Origin: a virus
Lineage: Duplodnaviria > Caudoviricetes
Virus record (IMG/VR): IMGVR_UViG_3300012038_000025
Coordinates: 1-38,478 of that record
DNA length: 38,478 nt
Direction: 5' to 3' (one strand)
Shown here: piece after piece, positions 18,493-27,802 of the stretch
Layout: each line of letters opens with the position of its first letter
Numbering within the stretch: the first letter of the stretch is position 1
The notes under the pieces: generated by a model
What the model saw: the letters and a program-made list of their open reading frames with translations, nothing else
What the model was told of the DNA's origin: nothing
The model's database searches: none
Position numbers and translations under genes: made by a program

Positions 18493-19232
18493 GCGGGCAC
18501 CGCCTCATCTGTGGTCCAGTGCTGACGCACCCACGGACAGTGCATCTGCACGTAGCTATCCCAGGGATCGCGGTGGCCGTGAAAGACGACCACGCGCGCA
18601 TTCGCCGGCAGCCGGTGATTGTCTGGCGCGATGTGGTTCCGGTAGCTGTAGACGCCGTCGGCCTGCGTCCACTTCGCTTCGCCAGGGCCGAGGATCCGGC
18701 TGATGTGGCCCTGGTCGGAGCCGAACGACTTGGCCTTGTAGGACGCTTGCGGCGACGTGAACTGGTCGAACTCCGTCCACACTTGGGGCCGCGAGCCAGC
18801 GCGGATCAACTGCATCGAGCCGTTGTAGTGACTGCCCGGCAATGGGTTCGTGTCGCCCCAGAACACCACGTCCTCGTCCCTGTTCCAGAGCGGATCGAGG
18901 TCGTCCGTAATCACCACGTCCAGATCCAGCGAGACGAACCGTTCGCCAAACCACTGCGCGGCGTCAGGGTGAAACAGCCGCAGCCGGCGGTAACAACTCG
19001 GATTGTTCCGTCCATGCGGCGATGGCACCGCGGCGTAGTCGTTCCAGGCCGGCAGAATCTCGACCGACGAGTCGATCCCGTCCGGCTGGTCGGTGACGCA
19101 CACGAACCGATGCGGGTGGCGGTAGTGCCGGCGCACCATCGCCGCCAGGACGTTCACCGTCTCCGGCCCGAACGTCGAGCGGTAGCCAGGCGCGGGCGCC
19201 CACTTCCAGCAGATCACCGTCTCGGGCCTCAT
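18489..19232 (-). CDS. GT-A fold glycosyltransferase
   Basis: VICWKW...VNVLAAMVRRH...FVCVTD, DxD motif in VSLDLDVVI, SDQG, VVVFHG. Confidence 0.82.
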   Translation of the reverse strand: MRPETVICWKWAPAPGYRSTFGPETVNVLAAMVRRHYRHPHRFVCVTDQPDGIDSSVEILPAWNDYAAVPSPHGRNNPSCYRRLRLFHPDAAQWFGERFVSLDLDVVITDDLDPLWNRDEDVVFWGDTNPLPGSHYNGSMQLIRAGSRPQVWTEFDQFTSPQASYKAKSFGSDQGHISRILGPGEAKWTQADGVYSYRNHIAPDNHRLPANARVVVFHGHRDPWDSYVQMHCPWVRQHWTTDEAVPA

Positions 19233-19963
19233 GGATACACCTGCGACCAGGGAAACGTGAGCCGCTTGGGCTGATAGGACGCGCCGAGATAGAACTTGTG
19301 CGCCTTCCGCAGCGACCGCTCTTCGCGGTCGCTGTCGTCCTTCCGCGTGTAGCGCGTCGTGCTCGCGTCCGCGATCACCTCTGGCGGATACTCGATCACG
19401 ACTTCAGTCAGGATGTGGATCGCCTGCGCCCAGAGGGCCACCCGCCCCGCGAACTCGCCGTCGGTCCCATAGATGCCAGAGAACAACTCGTCGTAGCCGC
19501 CGATCCGGTTGAGGAACATATGGCGCGTCATCGCCCACGTATTGGGGTGAGGGTTCTTTTCCTTGTGGTCAGGCGCGACCACGCGCGAGAAGCGATAGGC
19601 CACGAGCGGATCCAACTTGTCCCGCATGAGCCGGCGCCACGTCGCATACGGCACGACGTGATCGATGTCCGTCATCAACACCCACTCGGTGGTCGCTTTG
19701 TCGACGCCCAGATTCCGGCAGAACAGCCAGTTCCACCGGACGTCCACCTTCGTGCGGAACAGCCGGAACGACGCCAGCGCCGGCGCCGTCTCAGGGTCCA
19801 GTTCGGGCGCGGCCGGATGCTCCGGCGAACAGTCATCGACGACGACGACGTGCAACGCCTGCCGCACGTCCAACTCCAGCGCCCGCCACTGCTTCTGCTG
19901 TTCGCGGAACATCAGCGGGTTGTCGTAGTAGGGAACGATCAACGTGAACGCGCGATAGGTCAT
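19229..19963 (-). CDS. GT2-like glycosyltransferase
   Basis: Start reassigned to ATG 19963; TLIVPYYD, VVVVDDCS, RNLG, MTDIDH, IGGYDE. Confidence 0.85.
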   Translation of the reverse strand: MTYRAFTLIVPYYDNPLMFREQQKQWRALELDVRQALHVVVVDDCSPEHPAAPELDPETAPALASFRLFRTKVDVRWNWLFCRNLGVDKATTEWVLMTDIDHVVPYATWRRLMRDKLDPLVAYRFSRVVAPDHKEKNPHPNTWAMTRHMFLNRIGGYDELFSGIYGTDGEFAGRVALWAQAIHILTEVVIEYPPEVIADASTTRYTRKDDSDREERSLRKAHKFYLGASYQPKRLTFPWSQVYP

Positions 19964-20568
19964 GCGTTCACCCACAGGAAGCTGGGCGTGCGCTCGCCCG
20001 TGGCAAACCACTGGCGGATCCCACGCGCGGCCGTGAACGTCTTCACCGCGTCGATCACGTTGATGAACGGCTTGGCAGGGTTGACGCAGTAGTCGTGGCC
20101 GGCGATCACCCCGTGGACCTTGACCTTTGGCGTCCAGGCGCACAGGTCCGCCAGCACCGCCTCGTAACTGTGATTCGCGTCGATGTAGACGAAGTCGAGC
20201 GACCGATCCGGCACGGTCGCCGCGATCGCCACCGACGCGCCCTTGCGGATCTCGCAGCCCAGCGGCTCGAGCACCCGCCGTGCCGCGGCCTCGGCCTCAA
20301 CCATCTGCGCGGGCGTCTTCAAGGCCACGCGCTGGCCGCTCACGTCGCCGTGGAACGTCTCCCACGCATCCACGCACAGTAGACGCAGGGCCGTATTCGC
20401 GGCCTTGAGCTTCGCCGAGAAGCCGCCGTGCCACACGCCGATCTCGGCGCCGGACGTGTAGCCACGAGCCGCGAAGAGGGCCGGCAGCGCTTTCCGGGTC
20501 ACGCCCGGCAGACGCACTTCGCCCTCGACCTCAGACACGAACAGGGCTTCCAAGGCGGCCACCGTCAT
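19960..20568 (-). CDS. Class I SAM-dependent methyltransferase (Methyltransf_24-like)
   Basis: Start ATG 20568; GAEIGVWHG, LDFVYIDANHSYEAV, GVIAGHDY. Confidence 0.88.
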   Translation of the reverse strand: MTVAALEALFVSEVEGEVRLPGVTRKALPALFAARGYTSGAEIGVWHGGFSAKLKAANTALRLLCVDAWETFHGDVSGQRVALKTPAQMVEAEAAARRVLEPLGCEIRKGASVAIAATVPDRSLDFVYIDANHSYEAVLADLCAWTPKVKVHGVIAGHDYCVNPAKPFINVIDAVKTFTAARGIRQWFATGERTPSFLWVNA

Positions 20569-21251
20569 GCGGCCCACCCGCCCCACTGGGCATCGAACCA
20601 GTCCCACTGCTGCGCGGCGAGATGGTTCTTCGGCTTCTTAACGAGGATCACTTTGGCTTCGGCCGGCCACGGGGGCTGCACCTGGCTGATCCGCGGGAAC
20701 CACGCCAGCGGCAACACGGGCGCGTCGGGATAGCGTTCGCTCATCCAGTCGTCGCACCCGTAGTAGTGATTCGCCAGCGACGGCGACCAGTCGGTGTAGA
20801 GATCCGCCACGGCCCCGGCGTCAAAGACGATCACGCTGCCCTGATGCTTCTGACAGACCACGCGCCCGTCCTTGAAGCCCACGACCGGCGGGCCGTCGCC
20901 GTTCCCGAACAGGTCCGCCGCACAGATGAACGGATCGCCAGTGTCCACCAGTGGATCCAGCGGCGCCACGATCAGCGTGTCCAAGTCGAGATAGAGCACC
21001 CGCCCATACAGCGGCATCGTCGGATCGAACAGAAACACCTTGTGCCAGAACGCCTGCGTGAGCCGAAGATTCGGGATCGCGATGGCCTCGATGTTGGCCG
21101 CAGACACCGCCTCTGGCTGATCCGTCAGACAGACGAAGCGAAACGGCCGCGACAGATAGCGCCGCGCCATGCGCTCGAGCCGCACGACGTAGTCGAGCGA
21201 GTACGCATAATTCCCGCGCACGAAGACGCAGGCCACAGTCAGCGGCGTCAT
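20565..21251 (-). CDS. GT-A fold glycosyltransferase, paralog-like to 18489-19232
   Basis: YVVRLERMARR...FVCLTD, FWHKVFLF, DxD motif in VLYLDLDTLI. Confidence 0.82.
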   Translation of the reverse strand: MTPLTVACVFVRGNYAYSLDYVVRLERMARRYLSRPFRFVCLTDQPEAVSAANIEAIAIPNLRLTQAFWHKVFLFDPTMPLYGRVLYLDLDTLIVAPLDPLVDTGDPFICAADLFGNGDGPPVVGFKDGRVVCQKHQGSVIVFDAGAVADLYTDWSPSLANHYYGCDDWMSERYPDAPVLPLAWFPRISQVQPPWPAEAKVILVKKPKNHLAAQQWDWFDAQWGGWAA

Positions 21252-22048
21252 GCCAGCACCGCCGTGCTCGCGTGGTGGGCATAGACGAAGTCCCGGCGCG
21301 CAATCGCCACCCCTGATCCGTAGCCGAACGACTCGAACGTCAGACCAGCCGCCTGCGCGGCGCTCAGCAAGGCGTCAAAGTGCGCTTGCAGGTCCGCGTT
21401 CGGATGTTGGAACACCGGCCCGCTATACCAGTGCGTCCGGCCCTGCGACGCCAGCCGCGCCATCGCGTGCTTCAAATGGACCTGGTGTTCGATGCGGCTG
21501 TAATGCGTGGCCTTGATCCGCCTGTCCGCCAGATCGAACCCGTCGATCGCATTCCAGTCGCCGGACGCGAAGTGGCTCACCAGGTCCGGCCGTTCCTTGA
21601 AGTAGGTCGTGTAATACCCCTGTGGATTGGGCATCCGTCGCAAGCCGTCGAGATCCGCGATGTGCCCTTTCGCCTTCGCGCAGTCGAACAGCGTGCAGCA
21701 GGTCTTCACTTTGCCGGCGAGTGTTGGACGCTTTGTCACGATCACGCCGGGAACGTCCTCGCGCCAGAGGTCCGCGAGGTCGCCGTGGAAGACGAAGTCC
21801 ACGTCGGCATAGATCGCCCGACCCTCGAAGTCGCACATGGCCGGAGGCGACCATCGGAAGCCCGAGAACGGCGTACGCCCGGAGGCGAGCTGCCAGCCCG
21901 CATACGGCCCAGACGGCGCCGCGCGCATCCAGGTGATGTCAATCGGCAGCGACGAGCACTGGCGCGCGGAGTACTCCAGCACCGCCTCGGCTTCGTAGTC
22001 CTCGCCGTTCGGTGACGTCCCGATGAACAGGCGGATGACGTCGCTCAC
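21248..22048 (-). CDS. GT-A fold (GT8-like) glycosyltransferase
   Basis: Start GTG 22048; IRLFIG, TPFSGFRW, GRAIYADVDF, DLADLW, WNAID. Confidence 0.8.
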   Translation of the reverse strand: MSDVIRLFIGTSPNGEDYEAEAVLEYSARQCSSLPIDITWMRAAPSGPYAGWQLASGRTPFSGFRWSPPAMCDFEGRAIYADVDFVFHGDLADLWREDVPGVIVTKRPTLAGKVKTCCTLFDCAKAKGHIADLDGLRRMPNPQGYYTTYFKERPDLVSHFASGDWNAIDGFDLADRRIKATHYSRIEHQVHLKHAMARLASQGRTHWYSGPVFQHPNADLQAHFDALLSAAQAAGLTFESFGYGSGVAIARRDFVYAHHASTAVLA

Positions 22049-22683
22049 AGGAACGCCTCCAGCGGCTTCCGCTCGAAGCACGTCACGCGCGACACGGGCG
22101 AGCAGTTGACGACGCGCAGCCCCTTCCGCAGACAGTCCTCGGCCAACTTGGGCAAGGGCGCCATGTGGCCCACGAAGTGCGACTCGGGGATCTGCGGCAT
22201 CGGGTGCGGATGCTCACCCGTGAACCACCGCCCGCCGGTCATGTCGTAGCCGATCAGGATCACTTCCGAAACGCCGAAGTGGTACGCGAGGTTGATCGCG
22301 CTCGTGCCGGAGTCGTAACCCGTCACATGCGTCTGCCGATCGGAGAGTGTCGTGTGATCCTTCCACCGGCCCACGCGCAAGACGGACGCCGGCAGACGCC
22401 GGCAGGACTTGCCGCGCACGGCGGCGTAGGTGCCACGAAAGACCGGCAGGAGCGGCAGTGCGAGTTCATTCATCGACTCGCCGCCAATCCACAACACGTC
22501 GGCGTCGGGTCGCAGATACACCGCCTGCTTGACCGCGATCACCCGCCCTTTCAGGCGAGGAATCAGCGCCCGTTGCGCCCGCACACTCGCGCCGCCGCAG
22601 ATGATGAAGCACCGTTCGCCCACCCACTCGCGTGGCACGGACCAGTGCGGCGCCGACACAGGAGCCGTGAGGACCGCCGTCAT
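22045..22683 (-). CDS. DUF115/MAF/MptE-like nucleotide-binding transferase
   Basis: Start ATG 22683; CFIICGGAS, SGTSAINLAYHFGVSEVILIGYDM, VVNCS. Confidence 0.7.
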   Translation of the reverse strand: MTAVLTAPVSAPHWSVPREWVGERCFIICGGASVRAQRALIPRLKGRVIAVKQAVYLRPDADVLWIGGESMNELALPLLPVFRGTYAAVRGKSCRRLPASVLRVGRWKDHTTLSDRQTHVTGYDSGTSAINLAYHFGVSEVILIGYDMTGGRWFTGEHPHPMPQIPESHFVGHMAPLPKLAEDCLRKGLRVVNCSPVSRVTCFERKPLEAFL

Positions 22684-23366
22684 GCGACCGCCTTGTCGTC
22701 CGGCGTCACCCACATGGGCAACCCGCGGAGGCGCTTCTTCCAGAACATCCCCAAATGGCCGAGATCCACCGCATGCACGCCCTTCGCGCACAGGTCGACG
22801 GCCAGCACGGTCGCGGTCGGCCCCAGGCAGAGCAGCGCCGTTTCCGGCGTGCCGATCTCGGCCAGAATCTCGGCATAGTTCGCCCACGCATCGCGAACGG
22901 GCGCGAGTATTTCTCGGACCTCCGACGCGCCCGCCTCCAGCAGCACGTCGGCCGTGAACGACTTCTGCTGTCCACGGACCAGCGTCACGGACTTGTTCAG
23001 CCAGAGCGACTGGACGAGCGTCCAGTAGGCGTCATCGTTGATCCACGGCGCGGAGTCGGGACGGGTCACGAACGCACTGCCGTACGGCCGATCCGCCAGC
23101 AGTTTTGACGCCCACTGATACGTGTTCCAGTGAACGGCCTTCGGCCCAGGATCGTGGATGTTTGGGATCCCCACGAGGCAGGCGCCGGAGTCGAGCAGGA
23201 TCGCGCGCAGGCGAGCCGTCAACGCCGCGTCCGCCACTTGCGGCTTGATGTTGCACACCCGGTCGGCTTGGCGGAGTTCCCCGTCACCGTAGCGGGACAG
23301 GCTGCGCCCGCCCACGACGGCGCGCATTGTGTCGAACTCGGACAGCACGCGCGGGTACGGCTTCAC
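22680..23366 (-). CDS. GT-D fold glycosyltransferase (DUF1792-like)
   Basis: Start GTG 23366; SLSRYGDGE, AFVTRP, LGPTATVLAVDL...AVDLGHL. Confidence 0.85.
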   Translation of the reverse strand: MKPYPRVLSEFDTMRAVVGGRSLSRYGDGELRQADRVCNIKPQVADAALTARLRAILLDSGACLVGIPNIHDPGPKAVHWNTYQWASKLLADRPYGSAFVTRPDSAPWINDDAYWTLVQSLWLNKSVTLVRGQQKSFTADVLLEAGASEVREILAPVRDAWANYAEILAEIGTPETALLCLGPTATVLAVDLCAKGVHAVDLGHLGMFWKKRLRGLPMWVTPDDKAVA

Positions 23367-24043
23367 GCGGCCCTCCACCGAGGCACGCACCGGCTGATCC
23401 AGTTCTGACGTCCGCCTTCAGGCCCACCCAGGTGGAACAGGTAGAGGTCGTCGCGCATTTCGAGCCGCGGGAACTTGGCGAAGACGTGAATGTCGTACTT
23501 GGCCGCCGATCCGTAGGAGCCGAACCGAAAGCCCGTGAAGTAGCGGAACAGTTGCGCGTAGCCCACCGGACGGCCGCCGGAGTTCTTCATGCGCTTGAAC
23601 TTGTGCAGACCCTTCCGTCCGTTGCAGTGCTGATCGAGGTCCGTCGGTGTCGGGCATTCATACCGCCACCAGCCCGCCATCGTGCCAGTCGGGATCGCGT
23701 CTTCCTTCGGCACGTTGCCAAACGGATAGACGTCGGCGTTAAGGCTCAGGCAGAGCTCGCCATCGGCGGGCTCATCGCGGATACCCGGCCGGAAGCCGAA
23801 CGCCTCATCGAGCCCCAGCGGCATGTTGAATGTCGGCGGGATCGCGCCGATATGGCCCTCGGCGATCCGTGACCAGCCGTCCGTCACCCACGCCTTGACG
23901 TCATGCTTCGCACAGACGGCCTGTGTTTCGGTGTCCTCTGGCGACGTCGCCACACCGAGCTGATCACCGAGCAGACGCTTCCACGCCGGCAGCGTATCGG
24001 CCAGGAAGTCGCCGCATCGGACACTCGTGATGAGGGCTCTCAT
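23363..24043 (-). CDS. Putative GT-A/GT2-like glycosyltransferase
   Basis: Start ATG 24043; LSLNADV (degenerate DxD), GYAQLF, YGSAAKYDIHV, FHLG; cluster context. Confidence 0.55.
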   Translation of the reverse strand: MRALITSVRCGDFLADTLPAWKRLLGDQLGVATSPEDTETQAVCAKHDVKAWVTDGWSRIAEGHIGAIPPTFNMPLGLDEAFGFRPGIRDEPADGELCLSLNADVYPFGNVPKEDAIPTGTMAGWWRYECPTPTDLDQHCNGRKGLHKFKRMKNSGGRPVGYAQLFRYFTGFRFGSYGSAAKYDIHVFAKFPRLEMRDDLYLFHLGGPEGGRQNWISRCVPRWRAA

Positions 24044-24753
24044 GCCGTCACCAACTGTCCCGCGCGCCACGGCCACGCGCCGAGGGCGTCAGGGATGATC
24101 CGGCGCGCACAGGCGTCGCGCTGTTGATACCAGTCGGCCTGATGGCAGTAGCCGACGCCTTGGCTCGACAACTTGCGGAACTGCGCCGACTCGGGCATCG
24201 GCGGCAACAGCAGATCGATGCCCTGCAACCGGGCGGACGCGCTGAACCACAGGTCGTCCATCTCGACGGTCGCCGGCCAGTGATAGCGCGAGAGAATGGT
24301 CCGCAGGATGGACGCCGGAACGAGATCGCAGCGGCCGAGCGCCACGTCCAGGCGAGTCGGCGACCCACCGGACGTCGCTTTCAGCGATCGCCACGCCTCA
24401 TACCCACCGTCGGTCGCGACCCTGCCGTGCATCGCCCAGACGGCCTTCGGATCCTGATAGTGCCAGTCCACAAGATCGTCGAGCGTGTCTCTCCCGACCA
24501 GTAAATCGTCGTGCGTGAACAGCACGATGTCGGACTTCGCCATCAGCGCCGCGTAGAACCGCCCCTGACAGCCGACGTTCCGATGCGACTGCACCACGGA
24601 CACGCCGTCGATCGGGTCGATCGGCTCGCCGTTGTTCCACACGATGATCTCGTCTGGCACGCGTGAGCCAGCGCGCAACGCCTCCACCACGATCGGCAAG
24701 TTCTGCCGACGTTCGGGATAGAACACGGGGATCACCGCCGTGACCGTGCTCAT
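24040..24753 (-). CDS. GT2/GT64-like glycosyltransferase
   Basis: Start ATG 24753; TAVIPV, EIIVWNN, LFTHDDLLV, MDDLWFS. Confidence 0.75.
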   Translation of the reverse strand: MSTVTAVIPVFYPERRQNLPIVVEALRAGSRVPDEIIVWNNGEPIDPIDGVSVVQSHRNVGCQGRFYAALMAKSDIVLFTHDDLLVGRDTLDDLVDWHYQDPKAVWAMHGRVATDGGYEAWRSLKATSGGSPTRLDVALGRCDLVPASILRTILSRYHWPATVEMDDLWFSASARLQGIDLLLPPMPESAQFRKLSSQGVGYCHQADWYQQRDACARRIIPDALGAWPWRAGQLVTA

Positions 24754-27044
24754 ACGAACGCCTCGTGTTGACGCTTCTCGAAAACCGGCGCGAGCTGTCG
24801 GTTCACCAGGTGCAACCTGCACATCGCTCGGCAACCGCTGAAGTCCGTCCACTGCCCCGGATGCCGCGCCCACAGATCCGCGAAGGTGTCGCGCGTCAGG
24901 TCGCCGAGTTCAGACCCAGCCAGGCCGCGGCGGTTCGGACAGACCCACACGCGCCCATCTGGCGTAACTTGCGTCACGAGCCGGATGCCGTGGCAGGTCT
25001 GATAATCGCGGCCGGTCCAGTCGCGGTACTCCTCGAAGCGATCGGGATCGACTTCGACGTCGGCCTCAGCGTGCAATTCCCAGAGCGTCGGCAATGCGGC
25101 CGTGACCCACGAGCGGTCGCCCGTGATCACCGACAGGTCGGCATGGTCCGTTTCGATCGTCGGACGGAAGGTGGCGTACGTGGCGCCGAGTGAGCGCGCG
25201 AGCGCCAGCATCTCGGCTGTGCGCGTCCAGTTGCCCGCGTGGAGCAGGAACGACACGCCCACCGTCGCGGCCCCTCCCGCCAATCGCCGTATACCGGCGC
25301 ACGCATCGGCGAACCGCGACGGTGGGACGCCCTTTTCCCTGGCGTACGTCTCCGCGTCCGGACAATCCAGCGAGACGACGGCCCAGGTGAAGTGTTGTTT
25401 GACGAACGCCGCGCGAGCCTCGGTGAGATGGCCGCCGAGCGTATACATGCCCTGCTGTAGCCCGCAGCGGTGCGCCCACTGGACGAACAGATCGAACTCA
25501 GGATGCAGGGTGGGCTCGCCCCCGCCGGACCAGACGATCGCCTGCACCCCGGCCGCGTGCATGTCCGCCACGGCGGGAATAAGCCAGCCCTGCTCGGCGA
25601 AGCGGCCGGTGTCGCCGTAGTCCTTCGGCTTCTCGGCCTTGCGTGCCCACGGCCCGGCGACGTGCGTATGCGCGAAATGGCAGTTGTGAACGACCATCCC
25701 ATCGGCCGCATACGTGCCGTGAGAGGTTTCGAGGTTGTAGACGGTCGCTACGCGGGTATCGCGGTCGATCCGATCGATCGAGGCCAGAACCAGATTTGGC
25801 TCCAGCCGGTCGCCAGAAACAGATCCACGGAGCGCTTGAGATCCGCCCGCATCGCCGCCGTTCGATGGCGCATGTGCGGCGGCAGCATCACCACGAGACA
25901 AGAGAACCCGTGCCCCTCGTAGTGCTGAATCGTTGGAATCGCGTAGCCGTCCAGCGTCCGTCCGCCCGGCGTTCTGTTGTAGCCGTCCGTAACTTCGATG
26001 ATCAGTTTCCGGCCGTGGACCTTGAAGTCTGGATTGCGCGCCTTCACCCAAAACTGTCCCGTGCCCGTATACCAGACCGGAACCGTGTGCAGCGCGCAGA
26101 ACCGGCCGAACCACTGCTCCAACTTCGACGCACTCAGGTGCAACCGCGTCTTGCTCAGGCTGCGTTCCTTGGTATCGTTGTCGAACATCGGATTGCGCGT
26201 CTTCATCCGCTGCACAACGGCTGCCCTGAACTCCGGGTGTGTGGCCCAGAACTGGCGTGACGCCTCTCCTCGTCGTTCGTATGCGCCACTGGCCAGAGAG
26301 GTAGCGTTCACCTTCGCTGCCACCTCCGGTCGTCTCATGGGATTGTCGCGCTTCATCCGCTCTGACGCTCTCAGGCGCCACTCCGCGCTCATCACTGGCG
26401 GCGTCAAGCGTCCGTCTGCGTACGCTTGCCGGCGCCACGCCGACACATCCGGACGACGCTTGCCTTTGTTCGCCTCGGCTACCTTTGCCGCAATCTCCGG
26501 GCGCTTCATGGGATTGTTCGCCCGCTTGGCCGCAGAGATTCTGGCGCGTGTCTCTGGAAGGTGATGGCCTCGACGAGTCATCGAGCCGGCCGTCAACACT
26601 CTCAGGCCGCAACCGCAAGCGCAAAGTTTCCGAGAGTCCAACGAGCCGATCTCCGACCGTGAGATTTGACGCGGCAACCCATCCTCGCTCGGTAAGGAAC
26701 GGGTGTTCGCCGGTCGCTTCGATCGCTGTCTGTCCGACATGGATGGTGTAAATGGTGCCAGCGAACGGCCGCTCCGATACGGCCAGCGTGGCCACCCATG
26801 CCGCGCGCCGAGTCGCCTCGTCGTAGCCGAGGACGATCTCCCCAGGCACGACATCGGCAATCGAGACGCGACCGCGCGCCATTGTCTCAACTTTCGCCTT
26901 CTGGGTAAAGCACGACTGGCACCCCAGCGAGCAGACGTTCGTCAGGTCGATCTCGACCGTCACCGGGGCCGGCGTCCCGCCGCGCTGCCACTCGGCCAGC
27001 CGATCGAGATGCGCGAACACCTTCTGCGCCCCGATGTGCTTCAC
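24750..27044 (-). CDS. Radical SAM protein with SPASM/twitch-like C-terminus, interrupted by an intein (764 aa precursor, about 354 aa spliced)
   Basis: EIDLTNVCSLGCQS|...|CHF reconstitutes CxxxCxxC; WSGGGEPTLHP; C-terminal C...DGRVWVC...LGDL...CxxxC. Confidence 0.92.
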   Translation of the reverse strand: MKHIGAQKVFAHLDRLAEWQRGGTPAPVTVEIDLTNVCSLGCQSCFTQKAKVETMARGRVSIADVVPGEIVLGYDEATRRAAWVATLAVSERPFAGTIYTIHVGQTAIEATGEHPFLTERGWVAASNLTVGDRLVGLSETLRLRLRPESVDGRLDDSSRPSPSRDTRQNLCGQAGEQSHEAPGDCGKGSRGEQRQASSGCVGVAPASVRRRTLDAASDERGVAPESVRADEARQSHETTGGGSEGERYLSGQWRIRTTRRGVTPVLGHTPGVQGSRCAADEDAQSDVRQRYQGTQPEQDAVAPECVEVGAVVRPVLRAAHGSGLVYGHGTVLGEGAQSRLQGPRPETDHRSYGRLQQNAGRTDAGRLRDSNDSALRGARVLLSRGDAAAAHAPSNGGDAGGSQALRGSVSGDRLEPNLVLASIDRIDRDTRVATVYNLETSHGTYAADGMVVHNCHFAHTHVAGPWARKAEKPKDYGDTGRFAEQGWLIPAVADMHAAGVQAIVWSGGGEPTLHPEFDLFVQWAHRCGLQQGMYTLGGHLTEARAAFVKQHFTWAVVSLDCPDAETYAREKGVPPSRFADACAGIRRLAGGAATVGVSFLLHAGNWTRTAEMLALARSLGATYATFRPTIETDHADLSVITGDRSWVTAALPTLWELHAEADVEVDPDRFEEYRDWTGRDYQTCHGIRLVTQVTPDGRVWVCPNRRGLAGSELGDLTRDTFADLWARHPGQWTDFSGCRAMCRLHLVNRQLAPVFEKRQHEAFV
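25683..26912 (-). mobile_element. Intein (410 aa) in the radical SAM gene
   Basis: Block A CFTQKAKVET, block B IEATGEHPF, block F VYNLET, block G MVVHN followed by Cys+1. Confidence 0.93.
25748..26641 (-). CDS. Putative homing endonuclease overprinted inside the intein (NUMOD3-like repeats plus PD-(D/E)xK / Vsr-DUF559-like domain)
   Basis: Separate frame with CACGCG, HLPETRARISAAK, three NPM(K/R/F) repeats, SKLEQWF, NPDFKV, IIEVTDGY; candidate TTG start at 26641 with GGAG 9 nt upstream. The longest ORF extends to 26890. Confidence 0.8.
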   Translation of the reverse strand: MDSRKLCACGCGLRVLTAGSMTRRGHHLPETRARISAAKRANNPMKRPEIAAKVAEANKGKRRPDVSAWRRQAYADGRLTPPVMSAEWRLRASERMKRDNPMRRPEVAAKVNATSLASGAYERRGEASRQFWATHPEFRAAVVQRMKTRNPMFDNDTKERSLSKTRLHLSASKLEQWFGRFCALHTVPVWYTGTGQFWVKARNPDFKVHGRKLIIEVTDGYNRTPGGRTLDGYAIPTIQHYEGHGFSCLVVMLPPHMRHRTAAMRADLKRSVDLFLATGWSQIWFWPRSIGSTAIPA

Positions 27045-27802
27045 GCGCCCACCCCGCGGTACGTGATGTCACAGGGAATCGTCAGCACAGCCGGCGGCAG
27101 TTTCTTCGACTGTTTGTCGGCGAGCACCTGTTGCACGAAGCCGTTGCGTCGGAAGGCGTCCCGGTTCGTCCGCGTGCTCGCGTCTGGAATCACTTCGCGC
27201 GGGAACCGCACGATCGGAATGTCGGGCCAATGCACGAGCGTGACATGGTCGATCAGCTTCCGGCGGTAGTAGCCGTCGGTCCCGTAGATGCCGAGCACGT
27301 CTTCGTCGTAGCCACCGACGGCCCAATATGTCCGCTTCGACATGGCGTAGGTGTTCGGATGCGGGTGCAGACGCCCTTGCTTGTCCACCTTCGGCGTCAG
27401 GTTCGGCGCGTCGAGTCGGTGGAACGAGTAGACGGGATCGCGGCCAGTCGGCTGCCAGATGCGATCGAGCAACGCGCGCAGACTGTCCGCCGGGAGGACG
27501 TGATCCATGTCGGACAGAAACAGCCAGTCGCCGGTCGCGTGGTGCGCCGCCCAGTTGCGGGCCGCGTCCTGGCGCCACGGGGGCGTCTCTGGCGTGGCGG
27601 TGGGCGGGAACTCGGCGAGCGTGAGGGCCGGGAGCCCATCGGGTTTCGCGACGTCCCTGGCGGGCTCTGGCGAGCCGTCGTCCACGATCAGCACTTCGAT
27701 CCGCGCCTTCAGATCAGCTGGATAGTCCGCCCACACGCGGTACTGGTGGGCCAACATCCCAGGGTTGCGCCAGTAGGCGAGGCAGATCGACAACGTCGTC
27801 AC
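27041..27802 (-). CDS. GT2-like glycosyltransferase, paralog of 19229-19963
   Basis: LIVDDGS, ARNWA, LSDMDH, HPHPNTYAM, VGGYDED...YGTDG. Confidence 0.85.
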   Translation of the reverse strand: MTTLSICLAYWRNPGMLAHQYRVWADYPADLKARIEVLIVDDGSPEPARDVAKPDGLPALTLAEFPPTATPETPPWRQDAARNWAAHHATGDWLFLSDMDHVLPADSLRALLDRIWQPTGRDPVYSFHRLDAPNLTPKVDKQGRLHPHPNTYAMSKRTYWAVGGYDEDVLGIYGTDGYYRRKLIDHVTLVHWPDIPIVRFPREVIPDASTRTNRDAFRRNGFVQQVLADKQSKKLPPAVLTIPCDITYRGVGA

